NCBI GenBank assembly: GCA_951406725.2
Contig: OX597814.1
Span: 159,278,001-159,342,000, forward strand
Reading direction: 5' to 3'
DNA from: Octopus vulgaris
Taxonomy: Eukaryota
Length of the DNA stretch: 64,000 bases
Shown here: in pieces, positions 25,390-38,678 of the stretch
Layout: the number at the start of each line of letters is the position of its first letter
Position numbering within the stretch: position 1 is the first letter of the stretch
Translations under genes and position numbers: made by a program
The notes under the pieces: model-generated
The model's database searches: none
What the model was told of the DNA's origin: nothing
The model's input: only the letters and a program-made list of their open reading frames with translations

Positions 25390-25545
25390 ATATGTTTTGA
25401 TTGGACAGGTAAGCAGTACAGCATCATTCCAGCTGTCACAATTCTTTTTACAGTTCCCTCATCTGATATATATTTCACCTCAATATATTGGCCTATTTCT
25501 GCTTCAGTTATTTCAAAACCAGCAGTTTTCACAGAACACACCGTG
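25390..25545 (-). CDS. Candidate 156-bp internal exon (phase 2-2)
   Basis: CACAG| and |GTAAGC. Open frame TVCSVKTAGFEITEAEIGQYIEVKYISDEGTVKRIVTAGMMLYCLPVQSKH, with a stop just upstream of the acceptor. Joins the Ig exon in frame (AT+C = Ile). Confidence 0.45.
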
Positions 25546-26089
25546 CTGTGTCACATTACATATCTAAGATATTGCAATATGCTTTCTTTCAACTATCATC
25601 TGATGCTTCTGATAAATATATTCTCTCGGTCTATCATATCATAATAATGCAATGTAATACATCTTAGATAGGATTGGGAATATATATGTATAAGTATGTC
25701 TATATATGTATAAGTACACACATGTGCACATGCATGCACAAGCACATACATACACACGCACTCACATATACACATGCACACACACACACACACATACTCA
25801 CGTGTGCACACATACATGAGTCAGTAAACAAACACTCAACATATCTAGTTGAAATTATATGCATTGAATAATGGTTTGACTCAGTTCCACATTACTTAAA
25901 TTTTTTTGGACATAGAAACCCATCCACATCATTAGATATTCAGTGGCAGAGTAAAGAGAACTAAAAAAGAAACTTTAAAATAGCTTCTACGTAAGAGTGC
26001 TTAGGTTTCCATTTGTCAGTTCTAATCACTTGGTTGTCTATATATTCTGTCTGGCTAACATGTGTAGTGCTGTCTGGTTACCAATGAGA

Positions 26090-26750
26090 TGTAATTAGCA
26101 AGGAAGGTGGTTCCTCTGAATGTAGAGTAGCCAGAGTAAGAACTGGTTGAAGAAAGTTCAGGAAGCTAGAACCACTGCTAATAACAAAGATCTTTTCTCA
26201 TAGAGTGAAGAGCAGATTGTATGACATGCATGTTAGATCTACAATGCTGCATAGTAGTGAGGCATGACTTTGACTTCAGAGGACTTCAGAAGACTGGAAA
26301 GAAATAAAGTGAGCATGCTCCATTGAATGTGCTATATGAGTGTGCATAAAAAGCATTGTACAAAGGTGTTGTGTGAAAAACTGGGCATAAGAGGAATCAT
26401 ATGTATATAAGAAAGAAAATTGCAGCCCTGGTATGGACATGTGATGCATATGGGGAATACAGCTGTATAAAGAAGTACTGACTACTTAATGTGGTTGTAA
26501 TTTGCAGAAGTGGGAAACCCAGGAAGACATGGGAGGAAGTGGTGAAGTCTGACCTCAGAACTCTGAGCTTCACAGATGACTAAGAACCAGAATTTCTGAC
26601 AGTATGAGGTTCTTAAAAAGATCCATCTTCCTCAGCAAAAATGAGTCCTGGAAGTGCTATATATGTTGTCCTCTGGCTTGTATCTTAATACTGAATTGTC
26701 CAACTTATGCAAGTATGGAGAAAGAATGTTAAATGATGATGATGATGGCA
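26090..26750 (+). mobile_element. RTE-clade LINE 3' fragment, decayed
   Basis: FRKLEPLL...RVKSRLYD...VRSTMLHSSE and RRLERNKVSML motifs, with a (GAT)n tail. A smaller related fragment lies at about 9100-9300. Confidence 0.8.
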
Positions 26751-26753
26751 ATG

Positions 26754-26793
<40 letters not shown>

Positions 26794-26954
26794 ATATGTA
26801 TATGAATACACACACATACAGAGACACATGCACATTGCAACAGGCAATCAAAAATCAAACTCAGTAGTTAGTTCAACACTCCACTCCAGTATCCAGTATA
26901 TTACAATGTAGTGCAGCAAACTCAGGATAGGCTAGCATGCAGAATACAAGCCAA

Positions 26955-27175
26955 ATAATCTGTTCTACTAAAGGCACAAGGCCTGAAATTTGTGAGGAGG
27001 GGAATAATCAATTCTATCGACCCAAGTGTTTCACTAGTACTTAATTTAGGGGCCCCAAAAGGATGAAAGGCAAAGTCAACTTCAGCTGAATTTGAACTCA
27101 GAACATAGCATTGGGCAAAATACCACTAAGCATTTAATCCAGCATGTTAATGATTCTGCCAGCTCCCTACCTTAA
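26955..27175 (-). mobile_element. SINE family A, CpG-decayed
   Basis: Full family A pattern with CpG to TpG/CpA changes (GTCAACTTCAGC versus GTCGACCTCGGC). Confidence 0.8.
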
Positions 27176-27399
27176 TAATAATAATAATGATAATAATAAT
27201 AATAATCCTTTCTACTGTAGGCACAAAGCTTGGAATTTGGGGTGAATAATAAAAGAAATAACAATAACAAGCAGAAATCAGGTATGGAATTTAATACTTT
27301 ATGGACATACATGTGTTTCAACAAAATGCCACAATAATAGCAGCTGAAGAAACCATGTTACACAAGCTGCTAGAGGAGGCTCTTCAAAAGCATCACCTC

Positions 27400-28640
27400 T
27401 CCAGAAAGATCAATGGCTTCATTCTCTGCCAGAAGAGAGTCACCTTTGAACCTAGAGCAACTAAGTGGCATAGGTTGGAAAAGGGTATTATAATTGGTTA
27501 CACTATCCCAGTAATCCTTCTCACCCTTATCATGAACATAGTCGTGGAGTCAGCAGAAGTAGGGCATCGACAACCCCAGACAAAATCTGGCATGCAACAG
27601 CCAATAGGAGCCTTCATGGACAATCTGACTGTAGCAACATCAACAATTACAGGCAGATTCTTCAAAGATTTGAGAAGCTCATTTCATAGGGAAGGATGTG
27701 CTCCAAACCATCAAAACTGAGGTCTCATGTGCTGAAAAGGGGTAAGTAGTGCAAAAATACCCAAACCATGACCGAATATTCAATCAAGAGCAGGTGGAAA
27801 CTCTTTGACAGAAGTCTGAAGAATACAGTTTCCATCCACAAAACAAGCAAAAACTTTGAGAACTGGTTTTCTAAAGTCAACGAATCTGGATTGTCTAGTC
27901 GCTTCAAAGCTTGAATATACCAGAATATCATCCTACCAGGATTTCGTGATGCCTGTCATTGTACAGTGTCAACATGTCAACTATGTAAACCCTGGAGACC
28001 AAGATCACTTGTTTTCAATAAGGTGGTGGATTGCTTTATCAAAGAGCCTAAGACCTGTATCATTCCATACAGGTCAACTAAAATCTTCATTCAGTTGCCT
28101 TTTAGAGGAGTTTGTAGTGCTTAGAACAACAGAAGTAAATACTACCCCAGGAAACAGGCCATCACATTTCTCTCAGCCAGCGAGAAGTCTGCTTCACTCA
28201 AACTTCAATGGCTATGCCTACAATCATACAGCCATAGACATGAAGCTGAAAGTGAAAGTTTTGAAACAGATAAGGTTCCCAGATCACATCATACCAACAA
28301 AACTCCAACCAGGCATAGTGATCTTCTAAAATTCCACCTAACAGATGAAACTGACAGTGCCTAGGGAGGAACACATGGATGAGCTCATAAGAGGAAGCTT
28401 GCCAAATACCTAAGAGTTGGTTGAGCAGTACATAAATTGTGGCTGATAGACATGTTGCAAGACAGCTGAAGTGAGATGCTAAGGTTTTGGGAGACATTCA
28501 TCTTGCAGACTCCTGGACTTAGAGTTACTGGTGAAGGAAAGAGAAGGACCATAAATTCCCTTACTTAAACCAAAGAGAAGGCCACAAGATAGATTTGGAT
28601 AAAGTGGGTAGGCCAGTGGTTGGGATAACTGAGCATGGAG
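27400..28640 (+). mobile_element. HERO-like (R2 group, restriction-like endonuclease) non-LTR retrotransposon, decayed and internally deleted
   Basis: RT motifs WHRLEKGIIIGYTIPVIL and QQPIGAFMDNLTV. C-terminal RFPDHIIPTKLQPGIVI, KLTVPREE and EVRC*GF resemble the RLE region RPD...ELTVPWEE...EVGCRGF. Confidence 0.75.
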
Positions 28641-28784
28641 GTCTGATGTTGAAAGATCCAAAACATCACTAATGTTGCATTTGAGAGTATCCAAAAGACA
28701 CATCTAAAAACTGTCTGGTGCCACATAAAAACATGGATGTTAAATGATGACGATGATGATGATATATATATATATATATATATA

Positions 28785-30113
28785 CAAGGGTGTACCCAAA
28801 AGTAACCAGAAACATTCACTGTGGGACAAGCCTATTGTAGTTCAGGATACTGCAGCTAGAAGCCACTCAGTGCAATCCACAGGCATCAGTCTGCCAACCA
28901 CGTGTAAAGATGCATGGTGCATCTTTATTTTGCAGTGCTTCTCCCCTGTTCACCAATTTTTACAATGTTTGAAATAAAGGAACAGCAGGCTTCCATGAAA
29001 TTCTGTTTTCTGCTGGAGAAAATGGTGGCTGAAAAGTTTTTCAAACACAAGTGGTTTTCATGCTTTAGGAATGGCTACTAGTTAATAGAAGATCAACCTC
29101 ATTCAGGGTAACTGTCAATCCCGAGTGAATGGAAACATCACAAAAATTCATGAACTGATCTTAGAGGATCATTGACAAACATATTGACATGACTTGGGTG
29201 TCCTGGAGCTCCTGCGAATGAATTTTGAGCAAGGATTTGCAAATGAAAAGACAGGACCATCGCCAAACAATTGACCAACTTATTGATATGACTGATGTGT
29301 CCTAGAGCTCCTGCCAATGAATTTTGAGTGAGGAATTGTGAATGGAAAGAGTTGCAGCAAAATTTGTGCTTCACTTGCTCAAGGAAGATCAAAAGCAGTC
29401 ACAACTGAATGCTTGTCATGAACTGAAAGAACTATTGGAAATTGATCCAACCTTTATTCAAATGTCATCACTGATGACAAAAGGTGATGCTATGGCTACA
29501 ATCCAGAAACAATGCAGCAATCAAGTCAGTGGAAGTATTCAATGTCACCACACTCTGAAACAACACATCAAGTGAAGTCCAATGTCAAGACAGTGCTGAT
29601 TTGTCTCATTGATGTTAAAGGAATATGTTCTTCCTGGTCAAACTGTTAACCACACGTTTTACTTGGCAGTTCTGAAGCATCTCTGAGACACAGTGAAACG
29701 AAAACACCCCAATCTGTGGCAAAGTGTAGAGTAGTGGTTTTATCATGACAATGTGCCTGAACAGACTGTCTTGAGTGTGAGACAGTTTTGACTAAAAATG
29801 ATATGGCATGACTCTGCTTACCCACCTTCTCTGTTCACCTGATCTTGCTCCCTACAATATTTTTTGTTCCTCTGAATCGAAAAAGATCCTAAAGGAAAAC
29901 GTTTTGCTAATGTAAAAAAAAAAAAACCAACAGAGGCATTACAAGGCATCACTTTGCAAGAGTTCCAGGACTGCTTCAGTAGAAAACAAGTCTGGACCAT
30001 TGTATTACTTCAAATGGAGAATACTTTGAAGGTGATAAATGTGTAAACATTTAAAATGAAGTGAATAAAATAGTATTGCAAAATTCTGGGTTTTTTGGTG
30101 GGGAACCCCCTCG
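28785..30113 (+). mobile_element. Full-length but decayed mariner
   Basis: TA-flanked imperfect TIRs (CAAGGGTGTACCCAAAAGTAACCAGAA versus the reverse complement of the right end). Remnants MERVAAKFVLHLL, YGYNPET and HDN. Internal tandem duplication of about 90 bp at 29160-29345. Confidence 0.88.
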
Positions 30114-30190
30114 TATATATACATATATAAATATATTTGTGTGTGTGTGCATGTGTGTTTGTGTATGTATATGTGTATGTGTGTGTGTGT

Positions 30191-30224
<34 letters not shown>

Positions 30225-30230
<6 letters not shown>

Positions 30231-30413
30231 GCCATGATAGATCGTTAGCCACTACACACATTTTTTTCTCTCCTTGTTTTTTCTGTGTCCCTTTCTCTAG
30301 AAGAGCATAGACTCGAAACGTAAAAGACTTTTTCTATTCCTGAGTGTTATACTAATACTGCTGTTTGTTTTGTACACCACCTGTCTTCATCTTTTGTTTT
30401 TTTCGTAAACTCT

Positions 30414-30420
<7 letters not shown>
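30225..30420 (+). repeat. Short interspersed repeat, probably Penelope-derived; reverse copy at about 4795-4915
   Basis: GAAGAGCATAGACTCGAAACGTAAAAGACTTT matches the reverse complement of 4825-4865. Flanked by (TA)n. Confidence 0.55.
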
Positions 30421-30453
<33 letters not shown>

Positions 30454-30858
30454 GTGTGTGTGTGTGTGTGTGTGTGTAAGCCATCTAAGAGTCTATAAGT
30501 CAGGTAAAAATGCATTAGTATATCTGTCAGGAGAGTGGATATATTAATCAAAGTGTACAGTATTATATGTCCATTACAGCCAATCTTACCAATTGGTATC
30601 ACACAATGGATTCCATAGCCATAGTGACTACCTCTGAAGAGCACAAGGTTACATAATCAGACTGTTACCTAACAGTCCATTGAATCCCTAGTGTGAAACC
30701 AATTTGTAAGATTGGCTATAATGGACATACAATACTGCACACTTCATTTGATATATATATACATATATATATATATATCATCATCATCATTTAACATCTG
30801 CATTCCATGCTGGCATGGGTTGGACGGTTTGACTGAGAGCTGGCACACCTATATTTAT

Positions 30859-30889
<31 letters not shown>

Positions 30890-30984
30890 TATACATATAT
30901 ACATATTCACACATATATATACATATATATACACCTTTACACTGTATATGTGAGTGATATAGTGTTGTGTATGTGTGTGTATGT

Positions 30985-31019
<35 letters not shown>

Positions 31020-31318
31020 CACACACACACACACAAATACATATATGTTCTGTTTATATATATATATAATGCTTAGTATGCCTGGAGACTATGATATCAC
31101 CAAATTTAAGATCTGAGTTCTGTCACACCTGTAGTTATTATATATATACTTTTGTGGTAGACAGAATAGGATTGGCATTACACAAACCTCTTCCACCTTA
31201 AGCAAAAATATTTGCAGGTAGTTCTGCAAGCCAAATATCACCTCATCTAAAAATAACATTCCTCAATAGATTATGGAACAACAACAGCAACAAAATTTTT
31301 GAAGCATATATATATATA

Positions 31319-31374
<56 letters not shown>

Positions 31375-31767
31375 TACAGACATAGAGAAACAGACACACG
31401 CACACAGAGGGGAGATTGTGTGTGTACATATATGTGTGTGTATGTATGCATATGTGTGTGTTTGTGTGTGTGTGTGTGTGTGTGTATACATATATATACA
31501 TATACATAGAATTTTGGGTTGTTTTTTTTATTTAAAAGTTTTTGAAGTATTTATCTATATTTTAATGTTTAGCAATATAAATAATATTTGAATAAATAGT
31601 TACATTTCATCATTCTCTTCCTCTTCAAATTTAATCTTTTAAAACATCAAATAATACACACACACAAAATATATATGTTTTAGTGTGTGTATGTATGTAT
31701 GTATACATACATACATATATATACATACATACATACATATATACATAACATACATACATATATACAT

Positions 31768-31816
<49 letters not shown>

Positions 31817-32522
31817 CTATGTATCTATGTATGTATGTATGTATATATACACACACACACACGTATACAGTAGACTTCCCTACAGTTTCCATCTATCGAC
31901 ATCATTTTCAGGACACAATAGTCAGCTTCTGTCTATAGTAGAAGTTAGTTGTCCAACTACTGAAATGGAACACAATGTTATATGGTTACAAAGCAATCTT
32001 CATATCCACACAATCTTACATGCATCTGTGTGTGCATGTATGTGTATGTGTTCATGGGTATACTCATATGTATTTGTATGTAAGTTTGTATGTATGTTTT
32101 GTTTAAAGCATGTTAGTTGGAGTTCTATTTGTGTAAATGTTATCAAACAGTTTGTTAGACTAAGACACATCAAAGATGCTAGGTAATGTCCACATTGAAC
32201 TGGATTATCTGATTCAGAATTAGTGGCAGCATCATTCTTAGATGCTTGAAATGCAGACATTATTTAATAAAATATGTCTTCATAATGATGCATTGAATTT
32301 AATCAAAGCAGGTAATAGTGGCACTGGTTCCGTACTTTAATCGTACAAATTTCTTGTGCAATGCAATTAATTCATTTAGCTTTGTAAAGTTCCTAAAATG
32401 TCAAAGTACCTGGATTCTTTTTTAACATATGATTCACTTACACTTTGTTTTGCTATTGTCCTGACATTTGTCTAAATTACAAGAATATAGCAAAAAATAT
32501 CTTTAAAAATTTTGCATTCTAA

Positions 32523-32654
32523 TTTTAAAACATCAAAGAACATTTTATATTAAATTTAATAATTTTATCTCCAAATTTGTGACACAATGAAGTTTCATAA
32601 ATTTGGAGGCAGAACTATTAAATTTGATATTAAATATTATTTGACGTTTTAAAA
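32523..32654. repeat. AT-rich inverted repeat (hairpin MITE-like)
   Basis: Arms of about 55 bp: TTTTAAAACATCAAA...CTCCAAATTT versus AAATTTGGAG...TTTGACGTTTTAAAA. Confidence 0.65.
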
Positions 32655-32982
32655 TGGATGTTCTCAAATTTTTGGGGCTACCACCCACCTCATGGCCACA
32701 TAATACCCTCAGTGCCCCACCCCTGTTTTTATGTATAAATAAATATTTTATATTTTACTAATTTATACATATTATGAATCATTTAATATTTAATATATTA
32801 TATAATTTGTATACAATAATATTATAATAAATTCATAGCATCCCCCAGTCCACTGCCTTCCTCCTTTTTCTCACCCCCACCCCACCAGTTTGACCACCCC
32901 CTTAGGTACCAGTGCCCACCGGGAACCATCTTGATGCCCACTGGCGGGGGGGGGGGGGTAGTGCCCACTTTGAGAATCTATG
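32655..32982. mobile_element. hAT-type MITE
   Basis: Exact 8-bp TSD TTTTAAAA (32647-32654 and 32983-32990). Decayed TIRs TTCTCAAA...TTTGAGAA. Right end resembles the 8072 MITE. Confidence 0.65.
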
Positions 32983-35349
32983 TTTTAAAAGATCGAATTT
33001 CAAGAAGAAGAGGATGGTGAAATGTAATAATTTATTTAATTATTTATTTATATTGCTCATCTTTAAAATGCAGATAAGTACTCCAAAATTTTTTTAATAA
33101 AACAATAACAGCCCAAAATTTTATGTTGTTAATACTGCATTATGATTTATAATTAAATACTTCTAACATTATATTTCGATCTTCAATGTCTTCATTTTAA
33201 GGAAGAAAAAAAATTATGCATGTAATTGGGTTTTTTTTGTTTTGTGTTGTTTTTATTATTTTTATTTTAATAATATTCACTGAAATAAATGTTATTACAG
33301 ATTTAAAAAGAAGTTAGGCAAAGTAAGTAGCATCTTCCTGTTAACTGCCTTTTACCATTCTAGGTAATTGGAACACTATACACTGACTGCTGAGCAGGCG
33401 AGGTGGATTACAAGAAACTGACAACTGCTACAAGCTATTTAACAACTTCAAGGAAGATAGTTTTTAAGTAGGAGAATAAAAAACACAGGTCATTATATAA
33501 TATAATCAGTAAAATATCATTTGATTGACAGATACTGCTTAAATTTTGCTTCTTACTTTCTATTTTGATAAGTCACTAATAATATGTTTCAAGTTTACAT
33601 AATTATAAAATTTGAAAACAATTAATGTTTTTCTTTTGCTCAAGAGAGGAAAAACAATTAATTGAAAATTACATGTTGAATATAATTGTTCTTCACTTGT
33701 CAGAAAAATAATCATATATATATTAGTTTATTTTTACATGAGTCTGATAAAAGTGAGCAAGCCAAAGTTTTGAAGTCACTGTCAACCTTTTCCTTATTTA
33801 AAAAAAAAACATGTATATAATTCTTATCTTAATGCTTTTCATTATATATTGAATAAAAATAAATTGCTACAAATATTTTCAAAACAGTCCTGGAAATTAT
33901 TTTGGGCATTTTACCTAATTGATTCTCCCCCACCCCTTGTATTTTGTTTTGTTTTGTTTGTTTGTTTTTTTGTTTTTTTGCATGGTTGTTTTTTGTTGCT
34001 TTTTTATTTTTATTTATTTTATTTTTAGTATATGATACTGCATATAGAAAAGTCTCCTACTTTTGCAATATCTCAAAGGAAAACTTCTACTTTTTGTACA
34101 AGAATGCAAAGTGTTTTATTTTAATTGTTTAAATGATGTATACTACCCTGTTTTTTTTTATGGTGGCTCAGTAAATATACATACATACATACATACATGC
34201 ATACATACATGCGTACATACATATGCATATAAATATATATATACACACACATATATACATATAACATTCAATATTGCATTATTGAATAATAAGCAATTTC
34301 GATAAGAGCTTGATTTTTAATACATAATAATGATAATTTGAAATTCCATAGGTTATTCAGTTCTCATAAGCCTATTACATAATATCTGTCTTACTTTTTA
34401 TTTGCAATTTTTGAATAAATTTTTTCAGACGACTATAGACACAGGCATAATTGTATAGTTAAAAAGTTCACTTGACAGCCATATGCAAATACAATTTGGT
34501 AGAGAGAAACTGCATGAAGCTCACATTTGTGTATGTATGTCTATGTGTATCTAAGTGTATATGTATCTTTATCCACATGTGTGTGTGTGAGAGAGAGAGA
34601 GATAAAGTGTGTGTGTGAGAGAGTGTGTGTGGGGGGGTGTATGTGTGTGTATGTGTGTGTGTATGTGTGTGTGTGTGTGTGTGTGTGCGTGTGTGTGTGT
34701 TTGTGTGTCTAGCAGTTCAACAAATGGAGATTGAAATAATAGCTGATATGATTGACCCTAAAGGTGATGTCCAGGGATGGGCATAGTTCAATAAGTCAAG
34801 CCGGTAAAAGAATATATAAGTATTAACCACTTCTTGAAAGATAAAATATGTTTACTATTTACATCTACACAACACTTTGATAAGCTTGATCTTCAATCGA
34901 TATGCACTTAAATTTCCAAATTCAAATCAGTCTAGTACTATGTACATATCAAACATTCAGGATAATAGGAGATCAAACCAATTAAAATGTGAAAATAATT
35001 TTAAAAGTTTCCTCTCTAAAGATAGTTATGTATTAAAAATATTTTAGATTATATTTCTCAGACTTTTAGATATGTAAAGAGCAATTAATTTCTTCTATAA
35101 CTATGAATCTACAAGAATTGTAACATTTGTTACATAAAATAAAGTTTATTGTTATACGTAGAAAATTTAATCTGAATTTGCATATTAATTCTTAATATTT
35201 TTTATAAGAATAACTCAATAATAAATAATTGATTTACTCTTATTTAATAACAAATTTAATAACAAATAAAAGCTATAATAAATGAAAACTAATAAATAAA
35301 AATTATAGAAAAAAATGAAGTTTTTATACTATTAAATATTCTCATAAAG

Positions 35350-36731
35350 CTTGTATTAAAAATAGTATGCTCGACTGTAATTTAATTTTTGTTGATAAAT
35401 AAGTAGACATATTACAATAAGAATTTCTTATTATAATTCAACAATAAAAATCAATTACACATACTATTTTTAACAAAAACAAAAGTGCATTCTATTCAAT
35501 TTAAAAAGAATTTATATTCATTTTATATTAATATAACTACCTAAAATAAATTTAATCTCCAAGTTCCACTTGCATATTTACAAAAGTCTAAATTAATTAT
35601 TCTACTATGATGCAAAAGCTGTATATGTAGAAGAGATGTTAACCTACCGTAAGTAGAGAGATTCAGACTGCCATGAAGGGGCTCACAGATGAGAAAGCCT
35701 CACTTACTTTCACTGCTGATTCTTGTTACACAGAGTAGGGTGAAACCATTTCAAGCAATGGGTGCCAGCTGATTTTCAACTGACCCAAGATATTTTCATA
35801 TAATAGTAGCACCTGGGTATGATAACTTGAAACCATTTAGCCTCCTCCTTAAGGTCAAAGGTTAGCCAGTAAAAACATACTTTGAGGTAGATGACAAGTA
35901 GCTCTATATACAGGCATCCAAAATAGATCTGTAAGTTGTAAGCAGCAACAGTTGCTAACTGATATTACACAACAGTAGCTTCTTTTGAAGAAGCTACCAG
36001 AAACTTCCAGAGCAGAAAATAAATAATTCTAATATTCATAATAATATGAAGATGCTATACCATGTATATAATTCTAACATTCTTCTTACTGTGTTTAAAA
36101 TAACTATAAATTAACCACATAATATATTTTTAAAGAATGTTTATTGTTACCTAAAAGTTATTAAGTAAGTTTCTATAGTCTATAAACAACTTCAGAAACA
36201 AACATTATAGATTTAAGTTTTTGTTTTTTTTTTGTTTTTTGTTTTTTACTATTGAAACATTTTCATGCTTATATATATGTAGCTAGACTCATTCTTAATA
36301 TGTATCTAGGATCATTTTAAAACAATTTCCATAAGCAATATAAAATTAACTAATTAGTTTTGGAGAACTGAAGTTAAGTCTTACTTTATTACAAATAACA
36401 AAAAAGGCTGTTTGGGCTTAATGACCAATATTTATTAAAGAACAATTTCTTTAAAACCTACTCAATTTAAAAGTAGTTACGAAGTTATCAGTTGGTGAAT
36501 CAAAATCTTAATTTTCTTTTGATAATAGAAAACAGACAGCTTGTATTAAAACTTGTATTAAAATTAGTATGCTCAATTATAATTTAATTTTTGTTGATAA
36601 ATAAGTAGACATATTACTATAAAATGTTTTATTATAATTGAGGAATAAAAATCAATTATACACACTATCTTTAACAAAAACAAAGTGCATTCTATTCAAT
36701 TTAAAAAGAATTTAAATTCATTTTATATTAA
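35350..36731. repeat. Pair of about 180-bp direct repeats (35350-35531 and 36552-36731)
   Basis: CTTGTATTAAAA...TTGTTGATAAATAAGTAGACATATTAC...GTGCATTCTATTCAATTTAAAAAGAATTT occurs twice. Confidence 0.85.
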
Positions 36732-36769
36732 AAAACATGTAGATCACATAAACTGTGCTAGTTCCACAT

Positions 36770-36900
36770 AAATAGTTTCATCAGCTACATATGGGTGCAT
36801 AATATTTACCTTTATGCTGTGTGAAGGATTATTTTAAATAGTTTCATCAGCTACATATGGGTGCATAACATTTACCTTTATGCTGTGTGAAGGATTATTT
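36770..36900. repeat. 66-bp tandem duplication
   Basis: AAATAGTTTCATCAGCTACATATGGGTGCATAA(T/C)ATTTACCTTTATGCTGTGTGAAGGATTATTT twice, one mismatch. Confidence 0.95.
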
Positions 36901-38239
36901 CATGAGCCTGCATTGCAATTGCATACTCTTCAAAATTAGAATCAATATAAGGGCTGCTTGTACATGATTAACTTCTCTTAATATTACTTAACACAAGAAC
37001 CAATAATGTTTATGCTAATCAAGTTGCTCAGTACACCTTTCTTTTCAGCTATTTGTTTGAAAATAGGTTCTGACAGGCAATGTATATCTGCATCATAGAT
37101 TCTGTCCCGCATCTTTTATAAAAGTATTTTTTATCATTTACCAGCAGAGAAAACAACTGCCTGCACTTTTTCCATTCTTTTTGTTATTCTAACTACTATA
37201 TTTTTAATACACCCACTCCTAGCTAATTATGTCACTTGGGTAGCAGAATCTGCTTACTATTTCTTGTAAGTTTTATCATCAGTCTATAGGTTTTGCTTTT
37301 TCTTTTGCCCCATACATTCAGGTGTGCCCCACATATCTAGTGCATCTAGAGTCCTGTTTTGCTGTCAGCCATCTATTTCTTAATGCACTTTTGTCTAATT
37401 CTGAGTAAACTATTTAGTTCATACCAACTCCCTTCCAACATATGTGAGGAAAACACTTCCCAGATGGGTCTAAGACTGTGTGCTCCCTGTTGGAGACGAT
37501 TACTTCGACACTTGCTTTCTGGCTTCAGGTTTTTCTCAAAAATGTCACCAACTCCTTTTTTTGTGAAACATCATCTGATTTTTCTGTAACTGCTCCCTTA
37601 TTATATCAGAATTCCTGACTGTTTTTCAGCTATATCTAACGTCAGAGGTAAATGCTTTTTAATGATTATTTTATGCTTCTCAGGTTGTATTCTTATGTCT
37701 TAAGTTTGCCATTACAAAACACCTTTAACATTTTTTCTTACCCCATCTCAAGTTACATACTAATTTTATGAGACAACCACAGAAAACATGAAACATGTAG
37801 AGTAAGTGTTGCAGCACATTGTGATTTTTGCTGAAAATATATCCCTTACAGATTATCATCACCATCACTATCATCCCATCCTGTAACTATTATCAGCATT
37901 TATGACTATAACTAGGAACATCCATTTTTTAACATTCTAGCATGGACTGAACAGTTCTGCATATATAAAACTGCCAATCCCCTTGATCCTGCCTCATATT
38001 ATTGATGAGATTTTATTTCACTTTTACTTGTATCTTCTTTGAAAATTCTTTATGACAAATACCTTCCACTGTCAACATAATATTTTCATAACTCAGTATG
38101 CAAGTATGGAAAAGTAGGCATTAAAATGATGATGATAATGATATACACACACATATACACATATACATATTTATATGTATGTGTGTATATATGAGTGTGT
38201 CTGTATGTTTGTGTAAGTAAATATATATATGCAGGTGTA

Positions 38240-38406
38240 CAGTAATCTTTCGCTGGTTCATTATTGCAGTTTATTATTTAAGCTAATGTCAATTCCTTTG
38301 TGGTATTGTTTTGCATTTATAATAAAATAAATATATACAAATTATAAAAATAATAAAAATATATATATATACAGTACAGCACTGTTTGTTAGTCACAGGA
38401 TTACTG
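38240..38406. mobile_element. Tc1/pogo-type MITE
   Basis: TA|CAGTAATC...GATTACTG|TA termini. Confidence 0.55.
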
Positions 38407-38678
38407 TATATGTCTATACTCTTTTACTCTTTTACTTGTTTCAGTCATTTGACTGGGGCCATGCTGGAGCACTACCTTTGTATAAATAGTATTTCTACAT
38501 ACATGTTATCTGTAACCTATTGTTTTTGGCCAGTTAATGTATTTGCTGGTACCTTGGATGCAATTTACAAGGATATTTTGCAGAATAAAACAATCCTAGT
38601 ATGTTTCACCATACATTCATTGAAAGATATCTTGAAGTGGTTCTGTGGGGAAGATTGTTTGATTCTGTATATGGAATA

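Noticed and set aside
25267-25644. 125-aa plus-strand ORF
   Set aside because: No motifs. Better explained as the antisense shadow of the minus-strand candidate exon 25390-25545.
32000-32320. Possible exon in less repetitive sequence
   Set aside because: No acceptor and donor pair giving an open, phase-compatible frame on either strand.
37230-37700. Coding-looking island
   Set aside because: Stops in all frames examined and no usable acceptor. Probably an unrecognised decayed repeat.
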